NCBI GenBank assembly: GCA_963678065.2
Contig: CAXXVZ010000005.1
Location: forward strand, 640,001-704,000
Source: Treponemataceae bacterium
GTDB lineage: Bacteria > Spirochaetota > Spirochaetia > Treponematales > Rectinemataceae
Length of the DNA stretch: 64,000 nucleotides
Direction: 5' to 3'
Position 1 is the stretch's first letter. The number at the start of each line of letters is the position of its first letter. The translations under genes were made by a program, and so were the position numbers. The notes below the pieces were generated by a model that searched no databases, had not been told where the DNA came from, and saw only the letters and a program-made list of their open reading frames with translations. This document shows, piece after piece, positions 59,277 to 64,000 of this stretch.

Positions 59277-61652
59277 CTACAAGAGACGATGTATCGTGTC
59301 GAGCAGGACACCCTGCTCGAAGCCGCTTTTCACTATGTACGCGTCAGCCCCCGCATCGACGCCGCGTTCGCGGTGCTCGCGCGACTCGAGGCTCGTCACG
59401 AGGACGACGGGTGTCTTCGACACCGCCTCATCGGCGCGTATTTTCTCGGTGAGGCGGAAGCCGTCCATTCTCGGCATCTCGACGTCGGACACGACAAGAT
59501 CGAAGCGGCCAGTCTTCAACGCCGTGAAACCTTCCTGCCCGTCGACGGCGGTCGATACCGAATAACCCGCGGCCTCGAGGATGTTCTTGAGCAGGAGCCG
59601 CGAGGTGATCGAATCTTCGACGACGAGGATGGAACGCGGGCCGGCCCTGTTCCCGGACCTGGCTCCGCCTCCGGTTTCGGCCGCCGAAGGTGGATTCGCC
59701 TCGGGAGCCGGGCGCGAGGCGGCGCCTCCCCGCGTCGCCCCGAGAACGAGATTCCTCCCATCGAGTATCGGCACGAGTTCGCCCGTTCCGAGGATCGCGA
59801 GTCCGGAAATGTATTTGAGGCCGCGGAGCCGCGGGCCGAGAGGTTTGACGAGGACTTCCAGCTCGTCGACGACTTCGTCCACGAGGAAGGCGACGCGGAT
59901 TCCGGCCGCCTCCATGGCGACGAAACGGATTTTTTCGTCCCCATCGGAAGAGAGGGCGCGCCCGATTCCGAGGATGTCCGCGAGATGCACGAGGCCGCAG
60001 GGAACGCCGTCCAGCCGGATGATCTTTCTGCTTTCCGCCTTGCCGACCTCGGCGATTCCCGCCCTGGAGACGAGCCAGACCGCGGCCGTGGGAATGACGA
60101 ACAGTCTGCCGGAAATCCGGACGAGCACGCCGCGGAATGTCGCCTTGGTGACCGGAACCATCATGCGGACGGTCATTCCGGCCCCCGCGCGGGATTCGAT
60201 GCCGATGGTGCCGCCGAGGCCTTCGACCGCCTCCTGGACGATGGACATCCCGAGACCCCGCCCGGATATTTCGGTGACCTTCCCGCTCGTCGAAATGCCG
60301 GGCCTGAATATCATGGACACGAGGCTTTCTCCCTCAAGGGCGGCGGCGGCCTCAGGTTCGAACTGTCCCGCCTCCACGAGGGCTTTCCTGAGCCGGGCCG
60401 GATCGACGCCCGCGCCATCGTCCGAGAGGACCAGCTCGACCCTGTCGCCCCCGAGCCGCGAGACGGAGAGGCCGATTGTCCCTTTTGGTGCCTTGCCGCG
60501 GAGGCCGCGCTCTTCCGGCGATTCGATGCCGTGGTCGACGGCGTTGCGCAGGAGGTGGATGAGAGGATCCTTGAGCCTTTCGAGGATGCGCTTTTCGAGT
60601 TCGACATCGTCGCCCGACATCCTGAGTTCGACGTCTTTTCCGAGATCGCGGGAGAGGTCCCTGACCATCTTCGGGAATCCTCCCGAGATAGACGACATGG
60701 GCATGAGAAGAAGTTTCTTCGTGTCGTCGAGGAGGTCGTCCACCATGGTGCCTATGATCCGCGAATCGTTTTCCGCCGACCGGACGAGAGCGTCCTGTTC
60801 GAGAAAGCCGCGTTTGAGGCTGCCGCGCTGCCAGGCGATGAACTCGTCGATCGCGTTCGCGTCGACGGGATTGTCCGCCTTCACCGCGGAGATGACCCGG
60901 TCGAAGACCGGAGCGATCCGGGACCAGGCCGATTCGAGTTCGGACCCGCGCTCCCTGGATGCCTTGAGTTCGGCTACCTGCCGGGAGAGGGAGAGCTTGA
61001 CGGAGAGCATCTCCTCTGCCTGGAACAATACTTTGTCGAGTCTTTCGGCGGGAATGCGGATCGTGGCCGCGCGGGCGCGGGGTTCAGGAGAAGGGGGGGC
61101 TTCGGTGCGGGAGGGTACAGGCTCTGGCGGCGGGGAAAGCTCCGCGAAAGGAGCCGCGCCGGGCGCATCCCGGGCCGTGTCTCCCTCATCCAGGCGAAGC
61201 GGGGGCGAGGGCGGGTCCTGACAGAAGGCGCGCGCGGGTTTCTCCTCGCGTGGCGACTGTGTCATCGCGCGCAAGGCGAGAACACAGTCGGAGACGAGAT
61301 TTGTCCGTTCGCCGCAGGGATCGGCGAGCACCTTGTCCACGGCGTCGAGGGTTTTGTGAACGGCGTCGAAGATGGCGGGGGACAGAAGCAGTTTGCCTTT
61401 CTGCATGGCCTGGAAGAGACTTTCGAGTGCCTGGCAGAGGGTCTCGACCTCCGGCACGTCCACCGCGCGGGAGGCCCCCTTCAGGCTGTGTGCGGCCCGG
61501 TAGATGGTAGTTATCAGCTTGAAACGCTCTTCGTCCTCCATGTCCCCTTCGAGCTGGAGAAGGCCGGAGCGCATGGCGGTCAGGTGCTCGTCGGCCTCGT
61601 CGCGGAAGGTCTCGCGAAGGAGGTCCAGAAAATCGTCGTGCGTCTCCATCAT
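59277..61652 (-). CDS. cheA: Hybrid CheA-REC kinase (WspE-like)
   Basis: Hpt AHSLKG, HLLRNAVDHG, SGRGLGM, CheW domain, C-terminal receiver. Confidence 0.93.
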   Translation of the reverse strand: MMETHDDFLDLLRETFRDEADEHLTAMRSGLLQLEGDMEDEERFKLITTIYRAAHSLKGASRAVDVPEVETLCQALESLFQAMQKGKLLLSPAIFDAVHKTLDAVDKVLADPCGERTNLVSDCVLALRAMTQSPREEKPARAFCQDPPSPPLRLDEGDTARDAPGAAPFAELSPPPEPVPSRTEAPPSPEPRARAATIRIPAERLDKVLFQAEEMLSVKLSLSRQVAELKASRERGSELESAWSRIAPVFDRVISAVKADNPVDANAIDEFIAWQRGSLKRGFLEQDALVRSAENDSRIIGTMVDDLLDDTKKLLLMPMSSISGGFPKMVRDLSRDLGKDVELRMSGDDVELEKRILERLKDPLIHLLRNAVDHGIESPEERGLRGKAPKGTIGLSVSRLGGDRVELVLSDDGAGVDPARLRKALVEAGQFEPEAAAALEGESLVSMIFRPGISTSGKVTEISGRGLGMSIVQEAVEGLGGTIGIESRAGAGMTVRMMVPVTKATFRGVLVRISGRLFVIPTAAVWLVSRAGIAEVGKAESRKIIRLDGVPCGLVHLADILGIGRALSSDGDEKIRFVAMEAAGIRVAFLVDEVVDELEVLVKPLGPRLRGLKYISGLAILGTGELVPILDGRNLVLGATRGGAASRPAPEANPPSAAETGGGARSGNRAGPRSILVVEDSITSRLLLKNILEAAGYSVSTAVDGQEGFTALKTGRFDLVVSDVEMPRMDGFRLTEKIRADEAVSKTPVVLVTSLESREHRERGVDAGADAYIVKSGFEQGVLLDTIHRLL

Positions 61653-61661
61653 CCCATCCTG

Positions 61662-63281
61662 TCAGAGCTTGTACTTGCTCGTTGTTTCCTGCAAGCGGCG
61701 GCTCAGGGAGTCGATGTCCCGCGCCGCGTCCTCGAGCTGACGCGCCGCGTCGACATTCTGGCGGCTGGCCTCGCGGATGTTTTCCATCGCCTGCGTCACC
61801 TGGTCGACCCCCGCGTACTGCTGCTGGTTCGCGGCGGTGATCTGGATGACCATCTGAGTGGCTTCGGCTACGCTTGCGGCGAGGCTCTTGAGCGCTTCGC
61901 GCACTTCCCCTGCCTGGACTATTCCGGAGTCGACGGCCTTGTTGCCCTGCTCTGTGGCCATGACGGCGTTGCCCGTCGCCTTCTGTATGTCGCCCAGGAT
62001 GGTCCTGACCTGCCTCGTGGCCTGCCTCGATCCTTCCGCGAGGGTCCTGACTTCCCTGGCGACTACGGCGAACCCCTTGCCCTGCTCGCCCGCCTTGGCG
62101 GCTTCTATCGCCGCGTTGACGGCGAGGAGGTTGGACTGCTCGGCGATGTCGTCGACGGAGGAAATGATCTCGCCGATTGTCCTGCTCTGTTCGCTTAAGG
62201 ACAGGATGCTGCGGGCAATGCGCTCCATCTGCTCGTGGATGTTCTGCATGCCGGCGGCGGTTGCCTCGACGGTCTGCTCGCCCGAGCGGGCGACGACCAG
62301 TGTCCTCTGCGCGCTGCTGGAGACTTCGCGCGCCTTTTCCATGGAAACCTGGGCTGTCTGCTTCACTTCCTCGACGGTGACCGTGGTTTCGCTGACGGAG
62401 GAGGCCGTCTCGGAGGCCGATGAGGCGAGCTCGGACGCGGTCGCCGAGATCTGGCTCGATGAGCTGGCGAGGAGGTTGACCCCATCCCGCAGCTCCTGAG
62501 TCTGATTTCTGAAACCCTCCACCATGAATGCGCAGGTTCTCGACAGGATGCCGACCTCGTCCGGGGAAGAATCCTCGGCGAACACGACACCGAGATTGCC
62601 TTCCGCGACTTTTTCGGCGACCTTGATCAGCGCGGTGAGGGGCCTCACGATGCTTCTCGAGAGGAGCCAGGCGACGATGGCGGCCGTGAGGATGGCGGCC
62701 GCCGCGAATACGCGCAGGAAGAGAAGGGACGTGGTGGCGATGGAACCTGCTTTTGCCTTGAGCGACTCGGCGCTGCCGAGGGCCTCGGAGAGGAGTTCGC
62801 CCATGCGTTTTTCGACTCCGGCTATCGCCGCGAGGGTCTGGTCCCGGTACAGGGCCTCCGCCTGGCTCTGCCGCCCCGCGTTGACATAGGCGATCTCTTT
62901 TTTCCTGAGCTCATCCCAGACACTGTCGGCGGCCAACAGGGCGGAAACCTTGTCCTTCACGCCGGGGAAATATCCTTCCATGAGGGCGAGGTTGGATGTA
63001 GCCGTCTTTTCCGAATCCTCGATCTTTTTCGTGGCTTCGGCGACCTCGGCGGGATTGCGGGCCTGCAGCAGCTCCTTTTCATGGAGCTCAATGTAGACAA
63101 ACTGTGTCCTTGTATCGAGGACCAGATTGCTCCCCTTGAAAGGTTTATCGTAGAGTTCGGTCGCGGCGACACCGATATCCTGGACACGGGCGATCGACGT
63201 CAACTCCATGGCGAACAGCAGGGCGAGAATGAGCCCGAACCCGGCGACGAGCCGGTAGCCGACCTTCAGCTTGCGTATCAT
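61662..63281 (-). CDS. Methyl-accepting chemotaxis protein (WspA-like)
   Basis: Start MIRKLKVG at 63281 behind GGAGG; 2 TM, four-helix sensor, [31 protein letters not shown]. Confidence 0.93.
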   Translation of the reverse strand: MIRKLKVGYRLVAGFGLILALLFAMELTSIARVQDIGVAATELYDKPFKGSNLVLDTRTQFVYIELHEKELLQARNPAEVAEATKKIEDSEKTATSNLALMEGYFPGVKDKVSALLAADSVWDELRKKEIAYVNAGRQSQAEALYRDQTLAAIAGVEKRMGELLSEALGSAESLKAKAGSIATTSLLFLRVFAAAAILTAAIVAWLLSRSIVRPLTALIKVAEKVAEGNLGVVFAEDSSPDEVGILSRTCAFMVEGFRNQTQELRDGVNLLASSSSQISATASELASSASETASSVSETTVTVEEVKQTAQVSMEKAREVSSSAQRTLVVARSGEQTVEATAAGMQNIHEQMERIARSILSLSEQSRTIGEIISSVDDIAEQSNLLAVNAAIEAAKAGEQGKGFAVVAREVRTLAEGSRQATRQVRTILGDIQKATGNAVMATEQGNKAVDSGIVQAGEVREALKSLAASVAEATQMVIQITAANQQQYAGVDQVTQAMENIREASRQNVDAARQLEDAARDIDSLSRRLQETTSKYKL

Positions 63282-63384
63282 GTATAGCCTCCTTGTCCTG
63301 TCGCGGAACCGATTGTGACCCGACCGCGAAAAATGAACGAACCCCGGAGCAGCTTCGAGGTATGGACCTGCATGCGAATCAGCT

Positions 63385-63924
63385 TCAGCCGGCCCGGACC
63401 GACAGCGCTTCATCGGCCCGTATCGCCGTCTCGTCGAGGATGACGCAATGGCCCGGAGCCATTCCCCGTATATAATTGCCTTTCTCGTTCACGATAGTGG
63501 CCGGAGCGGGATGGATGTCGGCCCGGTCCAGAATTTCGATGCCCGTCACGGTCTCGGCAAGAATTCCGAGGCGGGACTGTCGGTCGTCCAGAAGTATGAC
63601 TCTGGCGGCCTTCCCCGGGCCCGGCGAAGGAAGGCCGAACAGGGGCCTCAAGTCGACGATGGGGACTATTTCGCCCCGGAAATTCGTCACGCCGAGTATG
63701 CAGGAGGGAGTCCCGGGCAGGGAGGTCCAGGAGTCCGCAGGAAAAACCTCGCCCGCAACCTTCGTTTCGAAGGCATAGCGCTCGCCCGCGAGAGTGAAGC
63801 AGATCACCTCCAGAGTGCTGTCCGGGCTCGCGCGCTCTTCGAGGGGCACGCGGAGGCGGGCGGCCCGCGTCTGGAGAATTTCTTTTGCGCTACGGGGATT
63901 CCGGTCTGTACCGATATCGCTCAT
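63385..63924 (-). CDS. cheW: CheW-family adaptor (WspD-like)
   Basis: IL..RA..L leader, [31 protein letters not shown]. Confidence 0.9.
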   Translation of the reverse strand: MSDIGTDRNPRSAKEILQTRAARLRVPLEERASPDSTLEVICFTLAGERYAFETKVAGEVFPADSWTSLPGTPSCILGVTNFRGEIVPIVDLRPLFGLPSPGPGKAARVILLDDRQSRLGILAETVTGIEILDRADIHPAPATIVNEKGNYIRGMAPGHCVILDETAIRADEALSVRAG

Positions 63925-63927
63925 CGT

Positions 63928-64000
63928 TCAATCCTCCCGGTTCAGCGTGCGCGAAATAGTCAGGGCGAGTCTTCCCGCCGGAATGCCGTCCGATTCCGGC
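63928..64000 (-). CDS. C-terminal tail of upstream gene, probably CheR-TPR (WspC-like); partial
   Basis: Reads PESDGIPAGRLALTISRTLNRED* and stops 3 nt before cheW; assignment rests on gene order and the DG..AGRL tail. Confidence 0.5.
   Translation of the reverse strand, partial: PESDGIPAGRLALTISRTLNRED

Overview
GC-rich bacterial chromosomal window, most consistent with a free-living anaerobic spirochaete (inferred from gene content and lipoprotein style; not provable here). Left to right: partial DeoR regulator; a small lipoprotein with repeated flavinylation-like motifs plus a truncated FMN-binding-type gene; adhE; EamA; LapA; an operon of two gamma-glutamyltransferases, DUF6305-like protein, TRAP large permease, microprotein and deacylase; an arabinofuranosidase/AraR-like locus whose ABC-GH127 part has collapsed by deletion; cadA/zntA with SmtB-type repressor and operator; a trkA-trkA-trkH operon behind a probable Na+-sensing (DUF1646-class) riboswitch, convergent with an orphan kdpDE; a radical SAM/lipoprotein pair; an accessory island (~31.2-41.1 kb); a sugar ABC/DhaKL/isomerase cluster; small housekeeping genes; a P-type ATPase; and a Wsp-like chemosensory-diguanylate cyclase operon cut by the window edge. 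The strongest hidden signal is in the island: two copies of an FGE-type C-type-lectin C-terminus differ almost only at codon positions 1-2, mostly involving adenine. This is the signature of diversity-generating retroelement (DGR) variable repeats, but no template repeat or reverse transcriptase is visible in the window, so they appear to be remote targets. One copy keeps a long GC hairpin downstream; the other lost it through a microhomology deletion. Family names come from motif recognition, not database searches; several start codons were re-picked from RBS and ATGA overlaps.
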